From the IMG/VR virus record IMGVR_UViG_3300018015_000022, positions 1 to 34,063 of that record: 34,063 nucleotides of DNA; one strand, given 5' to 3'. Numbering within the stretch: position 1 is the stretch's first letter; every line of letters starts with the position of its first letter. The DNA is from a virus (lineage: Duplodnaviria > Caudoviricetes). Both the position numbers and the translations under genes were made by a program. Below the pieces are notes generated by a model that saw only the letters and a program-made list of their open reading frames with translations, searched no databases and was not told the origin of the DNA. Below, piece by piece: positions 9,092-19,500 of the stretch.

Positions 9092-12000
9092 TATCCTCCA
9101 CCTCCATTTTCAGCAAAGGGCTGCACCTCTCTGTACGCCCCTGTCGATCCCCAATCTTTTACTTGCACCACAAAGTCTTCCAAATTAAGTTGAAACTGCA
9201 CTGTTGAAGTAAACTGAAACCACAACAACTTCCACTTGCTCGCGCCGCAAACAAGTTTTAATTTCGTCAGCGCACCGCTTGACGAGGGAATCGTAATAGC
9301 TGGTGGCCCATAACTGCCGTTATCCGCATCCGCCGCATAGCCGGTCAGCGTAATCGTAGACGTGGAAGAATATTCCACAATCAATACCGGCCCCAGCGTC
9401 TGCCATCCCTTTCCCCCGATCGCGGGAGTCTGCACAATGGCGGTTCCTGTTTCCGTGCCGCCGCTGGCTAGCTGACGAATGCTGCCATCGTTGCAACCTA
9501 CCAGCACCCCTTGCTGGCTCAAACCTTCGTTGGTTGCGTGGATTGTGGCTGGCCATTCGTACACATCCCACACCCAGCCCATCGCCTGAATATCAAAAAC
9601 CAGTGTCCGCGGCACATTGGTCGTGTCAACATAGTCGTAGTAAAGATATCCGTTTACAATCGAAAATTTTTGTAATTGCGATTGTGTGTCATCGGGCGGA
9701 TAGATCGTTACACCTTCTCGCGTCACCGGCTGAGGAACGCTTGTTCCACCATCCTCGTTTTCATGCGGAAAAATTGGATACAAACTATCGTCGGTAATCG
9801 ACTTTGACGCGCCGCCTCCAGGTGAAAAGTGAATTCCGTCGTCCACGCGAAAGAAAATAAGTCCGCCGCCCTCGATCGCTACACAGCGCGGCATAAACAG
9901 CCCGCGGTTAATGCTCGTGGCTTGCAAGGTCCAGGTTGATCCCGTGGTTCCCGTTACAGTGGCAAGAGCATTAAAAAAGTTAGGCATAATAACCCATGCC
10001 CGTCGGATCGAAAACAGCACACCCCGCCCCCCAGACATGGCGCCGTTAACCAGAGGCTCGCCAGGATCGGTTACGTCCATTTGGTTAGTATCCGGCGCCG
10101 CATCAAGATTCGATCCTGAGCACCAATAAAGTGTTCCCGGTCGCAGCGTATCACCTACACCAAATGTGTAGTTAATATTATCCGTGGGGCCAAATAGATA
10201 CGGCAACGGCTGAGCGGCAAGAATGGGTTCGGAAATTTCATAAGCCAGATCTGTTCCATCAGGAACACCAGGAATCGTAATTTCGTTGACAAAACCGTCA
10301 GGAACAACAATGCCCTTATCCGTAAAGATTACCGTTCCGCTGACCGTCGTACCTCCCGTAGTGCTAAAGGTCGGGGTTGTGCTGCCTGAAATTCCCGCCG
10401 TTGTAACAAGCTGGTAATGGCCATTGGTATCTTCAATGACCCAGTCCAATGCATATGCGGTTAAAGCAGCAAAATTACTGGCTGAGGGGCGCGAAATGAA
10501 GGTATAGGCCAAGGAAGTCGGGGAACCTATTTTAATGATTGTTCCCGCTAGCCATCGCGTATTAAATCCAGTAGCTGTACCTCCAATCGCCCCCCCGCTG
10601 ACCCAAGTAATTACGTTACTTGAAACTGTACAAATTCCTTTTTGCGGCAAATCAATCGAAGGAAAGGGTTCGTAATTGGTGTAAACAAGTATATTTGTGC
10701 CAAGTTCAGTATCCGTCAGCGAATCAGAAACTGGAGTATTAGTTCCCCCTCCGCCAAGGTCATCATTTGGCCCCGTGCAAACGTACGTAAAATCTGTAAT
10801 AGCGGAATCGACACGGTAATAATCAACCTTGTCTACTTGAGGATCGTTCGACCAATTTGACGTAATGGTGTTTGCTTTGACAGGAACAGATTCCGCCGTC
10901 GACTCAGGCGAAGGATTAGAAGTCGCTCCCGTTGCGCTGGAGCGATACGTGTAGCGATACTGCACCTCTTCTCTAACCGTGTCGCTCAAGGGAAGAACAA
11001 TCGTTGGCGTGGTCACGCCAGAGATTGTTGATGAGGCAGTGGGAGAAACCATCAAAAGAAGAATACGGCCGGAGTGGTACCAAAAGTCATAGTCGATCTC
11101 GATTGAATGAATTCCTGCTGACGCAAAATGTAAAATCACGGTCGTAACCGTGCATTGGCCACCTTCGTTGTAATAAGTGCCGTTATATTTCAGCGGAGCA
11201 ACAGGAAGAAGAGCAATTCCGCTTACCACCGAAATAGTTTGCCCGTAAGAAGATATTTGAGATTTGCTTAATGAAACCGTTCCGGCAGTTGTTTCTTCGT
11301 TACCGGTCATGTATGTTGCACTCGCCGAAACAAAGGTGGGGCTTCCGCCAATACCCCAGATTGTTTGATCTTTATTGGTTAGAACAAATTTGTAATATCC
11401 ACCTGCAGGAATATAAATGCTTCCGGTCAAGCAAAAATTAAAGTTTGTATACGTCGTACTGGTTGTATATGTCGATGTGAGAGGCGAGGCAAACACGGCA
11501 TTTGAACCTGAAACAACGCCCTCCGCAGTCAATTGAAACCATTCCATCGGGTTATTTATAACGTAATCAGAAGTTCCGTTAGAAATATCCACGCCAGGCA
11601 ATCCAGGTATTCCGGCGGCAAGGGGTGGAACGCACGCCGTTCCAAACGAGGCATCAAAAATAAAGGAATTTCCTGTTGTACTTCCGTCCGCATTTGACGT
11701 AGAGCGAGTTGGTCCACTTCCGCCAGAATCGTCTGGATTTTTCCAGATGTAAGACCCAACTTGGCCTGACGACGGAGAATCTCCCCAGTAACTAAGCGAC
11801 AATGTGCCGAGTGTGGATACAACCAACGGCAATGCATTTGTTGTTACTGTTACCGTAATGCTAAAAGAACCAGAGTTATTGCTAAAGGTGTTTCCAGTCG
11901 AGTCAATGCCGATTTGCATCGATACGGCCGTGCTGGGAACAGTAATTTCTACACCCAGATTTCCACCCACGTCCACAATATTTTTGATATAAAGCGGTGC

Positions 12001-13356
12001 CTGTCCAGCGGCAATCACGTTGCCGTCGCCATCCGTAAACGCTCCAATAATGATCGATGGAACTGTCGACGGAGGAGACACTCCGCCCGTAGGTTGTACG
12101 TAGTAACCTGGATTGGTCGAGGCCAGCGGTAGCCCTGTGGCCGTCGGGGTTGTGATTACGTTTCCGTTGATAATCACCGTGTCCGTGGAATCAGGAATAG
12201 TAATTGTCACGGTGGTCGCATTTTGCACGTTTACCGTGTACGGTGCGGTTCCATCAACAGGTGGAGTGGTATTTGGGTACCCTTCGGTTTCGCCGTAATC
12301 AAAATCCGAGTTTGTTCCTGTCGGATAGTTTGTCCAAGGAATCGCCGTCGCGTAAAGCACTCCGGTTGTCGTCACACTAGAATTTTCGGTGGAGACAGAA
12401 GGAGCAAGTTGCGGCTCCTTAATGCCCATTTTGTAGCAAACATTATCCGACCGAACCTTCATCATACCGTTCGATGGGAAATTATCAGCGGTATGGCCAC
12501 CGCTGGCATTGGTAATTAAAAATTCCGTTTCGAGAGTAACGTCTCCTTGTATAGCCGAATCGCCAACATACATCCACGGCTGCACTGAAGAGTTGGGCCT
12601 AAACGGAATCATCGAAACCGGATTGCCACTTAAACCAATCGCTACCACGGCAGTGCTAGAAAACAAAGTAGTATTGACGCCAGTCATTAGCACATATCCA
12701 TTCGCTGGTCCGTTGGGCGTGGAATCGTTTAAACGACGAATTGTATGTAGAGCGGCAGGAGTCGTGTAATAAATTGTGACTACGACACTGTTGACATAGG
12801 TTGTGGCTGTTATGCCGCTTAAGTTATCTACTTCAAATACGGGTGTAAATCCAGCGTTGATAATTGCCGGAGTGACAGTCGCGCCCCATAAAGAAGTGTT
12901 GCCGCCAAACGTATATGTTGCCGCTGTTGTTGTTAGTGTTGCTTTATCAAGGGTTGCTCCAGAAATTCCAAGTCCAAACGATAACGATTGCGATCCCGAT
13001 GTGGCATAAGCGTTGCAAGTTATTTTTATGCCCGCGATCGTTGCCGTCGTTGGAATTGTTTGTGCGCCAATCGCTAACGATAACGTGCCTGATCCCATAT
13101 CGGCAGCTACAGAAACTGATGTAAATAATGAGGTAGATGTTGCATTTGCAGGATTAGTCCAATAACTACTGCTGCAAGTAAGAGTCGGAACGAGCGTAAA
13201 CGGATTTCCAACGGTTTCAATCGCATTTGTAAGCAAATTGCGAAAGTTGACGCTACCAGCCGAATAGGTACGGACATTTTGAGCAATGCTTACCGATCCG
13301 CTAGGCTCGCGGTTTGGGGGGTGAGTTAAATCGAAACCTTTAAAATTAAGCGCCAC
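9091..13356 (-). CDS. Large tail protein (nozzle / tail tubular B-like) with accessory domains including a PA14-like domain
   Basis: Probable start GTG 13356 (VALNFKGFDL), because the ORF-track extension runs through the RNA element. Propeller-like C-terminal half (LYWCSGSNLDA, IFFRVDDGI, TLVFDIQAMGWVWD). PA14-like TGSIYIPAGGYYKF...AGIHSIEIDY. Confidence 0.6.
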   Translation of the reverse strand: MALNFKGFDLTHPPNREPSGSVSIAQNVRTYSAGSVNFRNLLTNAIETVGNPFTLVPTLTCSSSYWTNPANATSTSLFTSVSVAADMGSGTLSLAIGAQTIPTTATIAGIKITCNAYATSGSQSLSFGLGISGATLDKATLTTTAATYTFGGNTSLWGATVTPAIINAGFTPVFEVDNLSGITATTYVNSVVVTIYYTTPAALHTIRRLNDSTPNGPANGYVLMTGVNTTLFSSTAVVAIGLSGNPVSMIPFRPNSSVQPWMYVGDSAIQGDVTLETEFLITNASGGHTADNFPSNGMMKVRSDNVCYKMGIKEPQLAPSVSTENSSVTTTGVLYATAIPWTNYPTGTNSDFDYGETEGYPNTTPPVDGTAPYTVNVQNATTVTITIPDSTDTVIINGNVITTPTATGLPLASTNPGYYVQPTGGVSPPSTVPSIIIGAFTDGDGNVIAAGQAPLYIKNIVDVGGNLGVEITVPSTAVSMQIGIDSTGNTFSNNSGSFSITVTVTTNALPLVVSTLGTLSLSYWGDSPSSGQVGSYIWKNPDDSGGSGPTRSTSNADGSTTGNSFIFDASFGTACVPPLAAGIPGLPGVDISNGTSDYVINNPMEWFQLTAEGVVSGSNAVFASPLTSTYTTSTTYTNFNFCLTGSIYIPAGGYYKFVLTNKDQTIWGIGGSPTFVSASATYMTGNEETTAGTVSLSKSQISSYGQTISVVSGIALLPVAPLKYNGTYYNEGGQCTVTTVILHFASAGIHSIEIDYDFWYHSGRILLLMVSPTASSTISGVTTPTIVLPLSDTVREEVQYRYTYRSSATGATSNPSPESTAESVPVKANTITSNWSNDPQVDKVDYYRVDSAITDFTYVCTGPNDDLGGGGTNTPVSDSLTDTELGTNILVYTNYEPFPSIDLPQKGICTVSSNVITWVSGGAIGGTATGFNTRWLAGTIIKIGSPTSLAYTFISRPSASNFAALTAYALDWVIEDTNGHYQLVTTAGISGSTTPTFSTTGGTTVSGTVIFTDKGIVVPDGFVNEITIPGVPDGTDLAYEISEPILAAQPLPYLFGPTDNINYTFGVGDTLRPGTLYWCSGSNLDAAPDTNQMDVTDPGEPLVNGAMSGGRGVLFSIRRAWVIMPNFFNALATVTGTTGSTWTLQATSINRGLFMPRCVAIEGGGLIFFRVDDGIHFSPGGGASKSITDDSLYPIFPHENEDGGTSVPQPVTREGVTIYPPDDTQSQLQKFSIVNGYLYYDYVDTTNVPRTLVFDIQAMGWVWDVYEWPATIHATNEGLSQQGVLVGCNDGSIRQLASGGTETGTAIVQTPAIGGKGWQTLGPVLIVEYSSTSTITLTGYAADADNGSYGPPAITIPSSSGALTKLKLVCGASKWKLLWFQFTSTVQFQLNLEDFVVQVKDWGSTGAYREVQPFAENGGGG

Positions 13357-13372
13357 TTTGCCCTTGTCTGGT

Positions 13373-13455
13373 AAAACAGCAATGGCCCAAAACCATTGCT
13401 GGTCTTGAGCCATTGCTTGTTCGCCACAGGGCGAGGGCATGTTGCTCGACAACTT
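13373..13455 (-). promoter_or_regulatory. Conserved attenuator-like RNA element, copy D
   Basis: - strand GAGCAACATGCCC-TCGCC-CTGT-GGCGA-ACAAGCAATGGCTCAAGACCA-GCAA-TGGTTTTGGGCCATTGCTGTTTT. Confidence 0.8.
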
Positions 13456-13487
13456 ATTTTATACTTTTCATTATTTCATATTTAAAC

Positions 13488-14819
13488 TTATTTTGTTCCT
13501 TCGCTTGGCTGCGATTTCTGCCTTGCGTCGTTGTACCGCTCTTGATTTCGATCTTGCGCCTGTCCGCGCTGCACCAGAATATCGCTAAAGCTACCCATGC
13601 TCTTAAGTCGCGAGTTCTCCGCCGAGCACGCTTGAATAGCGCGTGCCTCCAGTTCCAATGCCGATTGGAATTCGGCACCAGCCATTTTAAAGGTCGCATA
13701 AGCCTGAGCTAGATCTAAAACAACATCCCAATTGCTGCGCGAAACTTGAACATAATCGGCATCCAATGACGGCACTGGCGCATTCGCTAAAACGGTTGCC
13801 CCAATGCCAGATCCCGTAGGCGCGGCTAAAAAATCAATACCCCCAATCACGATGCAAGGGCCAAAACTTGTTGGCGTTGAATCCCACTCCGGCGCATACC
13901 GGTCCATAGCGGCAATCGACGGCATATCGGTAGCTGCGTTGTTTACCTTTGCCAACATGATCCAGGGCGTTTTAAGCAACAAATTCAAACCATCCTGGTA
14001 TCTGCGTAAGCAGTATGCAGCGCGCAGACGATCCGTGGCCTCGCTTTCCCTTCCCAAAAGATCAGCCATTGCCCCCCAGATCAGCACCCATGCAAAATCA
14101 TCTGGAATATTCAATAACGTCGCCGTAGGTGGAGAAAAGGCTGCGCCCGATTTCAACACCACGGCTTCATATGTTCCCGGCAAGTTAGGCGTAATGTCTA
14201 CATCCCAAGCAAGTGGCGGTTCTGAAGTCAGCATAAAGGTTTCGGGCGTTCCAGAACCTAATTGATACAATGGTGCTTCATAAAACTCCTGCGCCACTGT
14301 ATCATCGCGATAAAGAGTATTTGGATTTCCGGTTACCGGAATATAGCGAACCCGCTCAACGTCTATAACTGTGTCAGGAAGATAGGTTCGACGCGTATTG
14401 GGAACTATCGCAACGTTAGAAAGCAACATCTGGTTGCAATTTGATATTTGCAGCATTTCGTCGCGTCGATGCTGCAAAGCTGTTGAAAAATCGTTGATGG
14501 TAAATTGCGAAGTTCCACTCCAAGTTCCTCCTGTTGGCGGTTCCAACAGCATGTATTCCATCAACGTATAGCAATAAGTATCTGTAAGCGTACGTATGCG
14601 CGGCGAATTGGTCAAAGTTGCTAGCGAATTCCAAAGCGTTGATGAATTAAAGACAAAGTCCTGTTTCCAAGTAAACGTAAGCACATTAAACATTCGCAGC
14701 GCTTGGCAAACATAAATTCCGCATTCAGTGTCCGTCCAAAACACATTTCCGGTATCCGCCAGCCGCGACGCAAGCTGTTGGCGTGCAGTCAGAAATGTAA
14801 GCCAGCTATACGCCGTCAT
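13488..14819 (-). CDS. Putative tail adaptor / tubular protein
   Basis: 443 aa. N-terminal ARQQLASRLAD..FWTD.E...Y and later IPDDF...L.WGA.ADLL resemble phage head-tail adaptor proteins. Directly precedes the nozzle-like gene. Confidence 0.5.
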   Translation of the reverse strand: MTAYSWLTFLTARQQLASRLADTGNVFWTDTECGIYVCQALRMFNVLTFTWKQDFVFNSSTLWNSLATLTNSPRIRTLTDTYCYTLMEYMLLEPPTGGTWSGTSQFTINDFSTALQHRRDEMLQISNCNQMLLSNVAIVPNTRRTYLPDTVIDVERVRYIPVTGNPNTLYRDDTVAQEFYEAPLYQLGSGTPETFMLTSEPPLAWDVDITPNLPGTYEAVVLKSGAAFSPPTATLLNIPDDFAWVLIWGAMADLLGRESEATDRLRAAYCLRRYQDGLNLLLKTPWIMLAKVNNAATDMPSIAAMDRYAPEWDSTPTSFGPCIVIGGIDFLAAPTGSGIGATVLANAPVPSLDADYVQVSRSNWDVVLDLAQAYATFKMAGAEFQSALELEARAIQACSAENSRLKSMGSFSDILVQRGQAQDRNQERYNDARQKSQPSEGTK

Positions 14820-14822
14820 TCC

Positions 14823-15077
14823 TTACCTTTTTGATGCCAAGCGCTTCCGGCTACCCTTTTTCCCTTTGCCCTTTTTCAAGCCACTAACAGCAATTCCAGG
14901 GAACTTGGCATGCACCTTACGCCGTACTTCAGCTTTTTCTTGCGAAGAACCAAACTGTGATACACGCGCTAATGCATTCTTTGCATGCGCACGATCATGA
15001 ATTGGGAAGCGACGTCCTTTAACCGCGAACGCTTTACTTGGCAACTTTTGCCGCTTTTTGTAGGTCAACTTCGCCAT
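14823..15077 (-). CDS. Small highly basic protein (R..LP...FA....R.FPIHD..HA.NALAR family)
   Basis: 84 aa, K/R-rich. Motif recognised from phage head-associated proteins (DUF6582-like). SD AAGGTGAG. Confidence 0.75.
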   Translation of the reverse strand: MAKLTYKKRQKLPSKAFAVKGRRFPIHDRAHAKNALARVSQFGSSQEKAEVRRKVHAKFPGIAVSGLKKGKGKKGSRKRLASKR

Positions 15078-15097
15078 AGCTCACCTTCTAGGGCCAC

Positions 15098-15175
15098 AAA
15101 TAAAAATAGCCCAAGGCCATTTCGGTCTTGAGCCATTGCTTGTTCCCTAAGAAAAGGGAGGGCATGCTGCTCGCG
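15098..15175 (-). promoter_or_regulatory. Conserved attenuator-like RNA element, copy C
   Basis: - strand GAGCAGCATGCCC-TCCCT-TTTCTT-AGGGA-ACAAGCAATGGCTCAAGACC-GAAAT-GGCCTTGGGCTAT-TTTTATTT. Confidence 0.8.
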
Positions 15176-15200
15176 TTTTTCCTATACAATCATCTACCAG

Positions 15201-15401
15201 TTACTTTCTGGTGACAACTTTTTTTCTGTGTTTACTCTTCTTGGTTAAGGATTTACGTGATCCAATTCGACCTTCCTTTCGTAAATACGAAAGCAAAATC
15301 GCCTTTGCTTGTTTCTTGTTACGAACGATCTTTCCTCCCTTACCAGAATGTAGCTGATGCTTGCGGAACTTTTTCATGATTTCGCGAGCGGGCATAAGCA
15401 C
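15201..15401 (-). CDS. Small basic protein (DUF6496-like)
   Basis: IMKKFRKHQLHSGKGGKIVRNKKQAKAILLS resembles the M.E.K.G.LHSG..G..V..RKQA.AI.LS family. Start may be the downstream ATG (MPARE). Confidence 0.7.
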   Translation of the reverse strand: MLMPAREIMKKFRKHQLHSGKGGKIVRNKKQAKAILLSYLRKEGRIGSRKSLTKKSKHRKKVVTRK

Positions 15402-15734
15402 TCACTTTGCTGCGTTGTCTCCTGTCACAGCCGCAGGTTTAGAGGAATTTGTTAATTTGGACACTGTTCCATGAATTCCAGCAGAACCAAGCGCCGCAGT
15501 TAAAATAATTAAAAATGAATTGGCTGTATAAAGCTGATCGGACGGTATTGCCACCATTGCACCAAGTGCATTTAAAACCAAGTTAAGCGCTGCCGCTGTA
15601 GGGCCTGTAATATACTGCCCAATCAATGGAGACTGTTTTAATATTTGCAATACGCCATATACCACCACAGCAATTGCAAGAATTTTTGCAGCAGGTGGAA
15701 AAGTAAGTATCACCCCAAATAAAATCGTTGCCAT
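15402..15734 (-). CDS. Putative holin (about 3 transmembrane segments)
   Basis: Hydrophobic segments, directly downstream of the endolysin. Strong SD AAGGAGG before MATILFG. Confidence 0.65.
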   Translation of the reverse strand: MATILFGVILTFPPAAKILAIAVVVYGVLQILKQSPLIGQYITGPTAAALNLVLNALGAMVAIPSDQLYTANSFLIILTAALGSAGIHGTVSKLTNSSKPAAVTGDNAAK

Positions 15735-15756
15735 ATCTCCTCCTTTTCTCAAATGC

Positions 15757-16272
15757 CTATGTAGCTGTTGCAGCGCTTAAAAACTGTTGATAATGCTCAA
15801 CCAATTCAGTTAAGTTTTTACCGCCGTGTTCCGCGTAATCATTACCAGGAAAACTTGCCCAAATATTTGAGCAAGCATTGATAGCTAAAGCAATTTCTCC
15901 TTTTTCAATTTCATCAATTGCGCTGCGTTCTTGAATCTGCCGAACAGCAACCGCATCTTGACTAGCCGGGCTAAAATCATTCAAGTGTAACATCAACTTA
16001 TACGCCTCCCACCATTTTAGTTCTAATTGGTAGCGTCCGCTAGCCGTTGAAGTAAGGCGTTTTGGTCCAGTGCAAATAACTTTTGCTGGACGGCCTGTAG
16101 CAAATGGATGATCGATATAAATTGTAAAGATCTCTAAACCCTTTTCTCCGGCAGCTTCATCGCCAGATACAATTACGTCGTAACCGTCGTTTTTAGTTAA
16201 TGGATGTGTACTGGTACCTTCGGACCATGCAATGGTATCGAGAAAGGCGCGGATTTTATTGTTAATTAGCAT
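15757..16272 (-). CDS. Endolysin, lambda R-like lysozyme / lytic transglycosylase
   Basis: IRAFLDTIAWSEGT...GYDVIV...STASGRYQ...DFSPASQDAVA...IWASFPG matches the lambda-lysozyme family. Likely start MLINNK. Confidence 0.92.
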   Translation of the reverse strand: MLINNKIRAFLDTIAWSEGTSTHPLTKNDGYDVIVSGDEAAGEKGLEIFTIYIDHPFATGRPAKVICTGPKRLTSTASGRYQLELKWWEAYKLMLHLNDFSPASQDAVAVRQIQERSAIDEIEKGEIALAINACSNIWASFPGNDYAEHGGKNLTELVEHYQQFLSAATAT

Positions 16273-16276
16273 AATG

Positions 16277-16534
16277 TCAACGTCGGCTAAAAAACCATTC
16301 CAATGCTCCACCGATACAAGTTCCTAAAAAGCCAAACGCAGTCATAAATCCTCGTTGCTGATCCCGTGATATTTTTAGGGAATCTACATCAGCAATAACT
16401 TCACCTAGTCGCCCATTGGTACCTTCAACGCCAACAAGCATGTTCATTTTGGCGCGAAGATCTGCCATACCAACTTTTACTTCCAAGATTCCTTCCAGCA
16501 TTTCTTGTTCATATTGGCTCGTTTTGTAATCCAT
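16277..16534 (-). CDS. Small membrane-anchored lysis-cassette protein (coiled coil plus C-terminal TM helix)
   Basis: MDYKTSQ...GFMTAFGFLGTCIGGALEWFF. SD GTAGGA. Directly upstream of the endolysin. Confidence 0.55.
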   Translation of the reverse strand: MDYKTSQYEQEMLEGILEVKVGMADLRAKMNMLVGVEGTNGRLGEVIADVDSLKISRDQQRGFMTAFGFLGTCIGGALEWFFSRR

Positions 16535-16565
16535 CAATGTCCTACCATCAAACCAGTTATTATTT

Positions 16566-19500
16566 CTATGGCAAATACAAACCGGTTGCAGTTGACGCCC
16601 CACAATCACCCGTCGTGATAGTTAAAGTTCCAATTGGTAGCGTTCCAGCCGTAGTACAACGATAAACTTGATTAGTGCCGCTATTTATTGATGCGGTACC
16701 AACGACAATTAGTTTATAGCCAGAATCTGTACCATTACCTATGGACACATTACCACTGCTAAAAATAACCAAGCCGTCCCGCCCATAAATATTTATTAAT
16801 CCATAATTTGATGCCGATCCAGTTCCGCCTGAATTAATAAAATTAAAGTCTAGTGCATTATAGTTTGAAACATCGGTACCTAATATTATTCTTGTATAAT
16901 TGCCAGTTCCAATATTGGGGCCTAGAAATATTGCTCCTGTAATAATACCTGTTGAAGTATTAGTAAATGTGCTGTACGTGCTACCGCTTTCCGTAATTAC
17001 TCCCGTGCTAAGCGTGCCTCCGATTGTAGTATTACCCGCGGAGCTCACGCTAAGCACGTTAGTTCCTTGCTTTACTAACTCAAATAAATTTCCAGTAGAT
17101 GCAGTTGTATCCTCTCCACGAATAATAGCGCCGGTCGAGGTATACGAACCAAGAGTTTGATTTCTGTAAGCGTATAAAGTCGAATGTGTGGTAGAAGCTG
17201 TAAGTGTTCCATCCTGCATAAAATATCCTGCTTCATTACTTAAACTTTCACCTTCTACACCTGTTCCTGATGTGCTAGATCCGTACACACCTTCGCCACT
17301 TGTAGCATTTCCCCATATAGCGTTTCCGCTAGTGGCGCTTCCTTGAACACCTACTCCACCTGTGCCCGTTACCGATCCAAATACGCCAATTCCAGCACTA
17401 CCACTGTTAATAGCAGAAAGCAAAGCTACATTTGCTATTGCTCCACTAAACGTATTGGTTGTTGAACCACTCTCCGTAATTGGGCCTGTACTTAAGCTGG
17501 TCAACGTGCCCACGCTCGTAAGGCTAGAACTTACCACATTACTCGCCAAGGTAGTACCGCTAAGTATGCTTGCAAGTAACGGCGTAGCTGATGCACTTAC
17601 ATAATCGGTGTTGGTGCTGCCATATTGCAACATAGGAGCAGAAAAACTTACCGTGTTAGCAGTGGTAAAGACTACAGAAGGATCGTTCCAAAGTATTTGT
17701 ACTGACGTAACGCCGGTAGGGATTGTAAATAACATAAGAATACGGCTTTGACTCTGACCAACCGTCAAATAATAATTTTTAATGTTTGTTCCTGAAGGAT
17801 AACTTGGATTAGTACTATCTATTACGATTACATTTAGATTTACTTGGCCACTAGTTGCACTAGACTCATTCATGCAAGCAGTTAATGTATAAGTCGCTCC
17901 AGGAACAACATCAACCGGCTCAAGCCAAACGTCTGCTGCAGTGCCACTTGTTGTGGCAACAAAAGCAGTAGTATCTTGGCAACCTACCCCCGAAACTACT
18001 GCTGCCGCACTTGTGGCGTTCCATACTGAGGTGCCCTGAACAAAATCCGTATCTTGCAAAAGATTTGGCTGGACTTTTTGCTGAAAATCATCTGTTTGTT
18101 CAAATATGTTTCCGAAGCCCGCCGTAGATGGCGGGTAAATCGCTATAGAAATGCCACTGATGTAATTGAATGTGGCAGCTGCACCCATTACCAATGAATT
18201 TCTACTAGGACTGTCCCAAGCCACAAAATCAATAAAGCGATTAAATGAAATCTGGCTTGCAACCGTACCTGTCATGTTGAGGTAGTTTCCGGTCTGACCT
18301 TCGCACTGAAACTTCGAGACAATATTGCCATCAATACTGTCTCCAGCGACTCCCTGAGACCCTGTATTCATCGTAATGCAATTCACGGGAGATACAGCCA
18401 CAAAATCATCAATAATATTGCCGTTGATAAATTGTCCTCCCGATGTTCCAGTTCCAACACTATTATCCATATCAAGGGCGTTTAAAAATCCTGTTGTACG
18501 CACATGCTCTAGTTTTACAAACGTTTGATATTGTGTTCCTGTAGTATTATCCGTCAAAAATGCAATTGCATTTCCAGTTGTACCATTGCTAAATATGTTT
18601 GCATCTTGAAGAAGGGTTGTATCGGCCCCTGCAATAGTCGTGTCAAAAACGACTACATTGCCATAATACGGCGATGTAGAAACTGGGCAGTTTGCGTCAG
18701 CATTAACACTTAATCCTATAAGCTGACCGTTTTGTTCAATTTCAAACACTTTTGATCCTGCCACACAAAGCGCAGAACTTGGCCGAAACGTAGTCGCATT
18801 GCTCATAATTACTTTTATAGGGTTATTTCCACTATTTCCTACAGTGACTGTTGCAGCAATTGTTTGATTTGTTGCACCGTAACCAGTTGCATCGCAAATG
18901 CCGCCAGTTAAAGTAGTAAGTTGCGCAATACAAGCATTTAACTGTACATCAGCTGTTGCACCAGAAAACTGTTCTACTTTATATACATTATTAAGGCTTT
19001 TTGCAGTTGCATTTCCAATGTTGGGCGTTACTAGCGTTGGACTAGTCGCCAAAACCACACTTCCGCTGCCGGTCGTACTTGCTACCACAAGCTGCGACGA
19101 ACTGTTACTGCCAAGAACCGTTGCCGATGCTGGTATTGCTGCACCATTAATTCGAACTACAGTCGCTACTAACGATCCAGATCCTGGCCCAGCAAGCACG
19201 TCTCCAGTCAATTGCGTTATGCCAGCAACTATATTTGTTCCAGGATACATCCCTGTAAGAGTAACTGCAGAGGAATAAACATTGGGACTTATGCCACCGC
19301 TTAACGAAACATCGTATCCTTGGTTTGCAGCCGCAAAAAACAGCCAATAGCCAGGATTGGTTGACGATGCCGCATTTGCGGTAAACGGATTAGTTAATGG
19401 CGTTTCGCTTGAATCGGAATAGATCGTTGCTAGTGTCGTAGTCCCGGTTAAATAGACCTTAACAGTGCAACTAGGGATAATACCTAGCAAATAATTTGAC

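Noticed and set aside
13357-13452. N-terminal extension MSSNMPSP... of the 1453-aa ORF
   Set aside because: It runs through RNA element D. GTG 13356 is the more plausible start.
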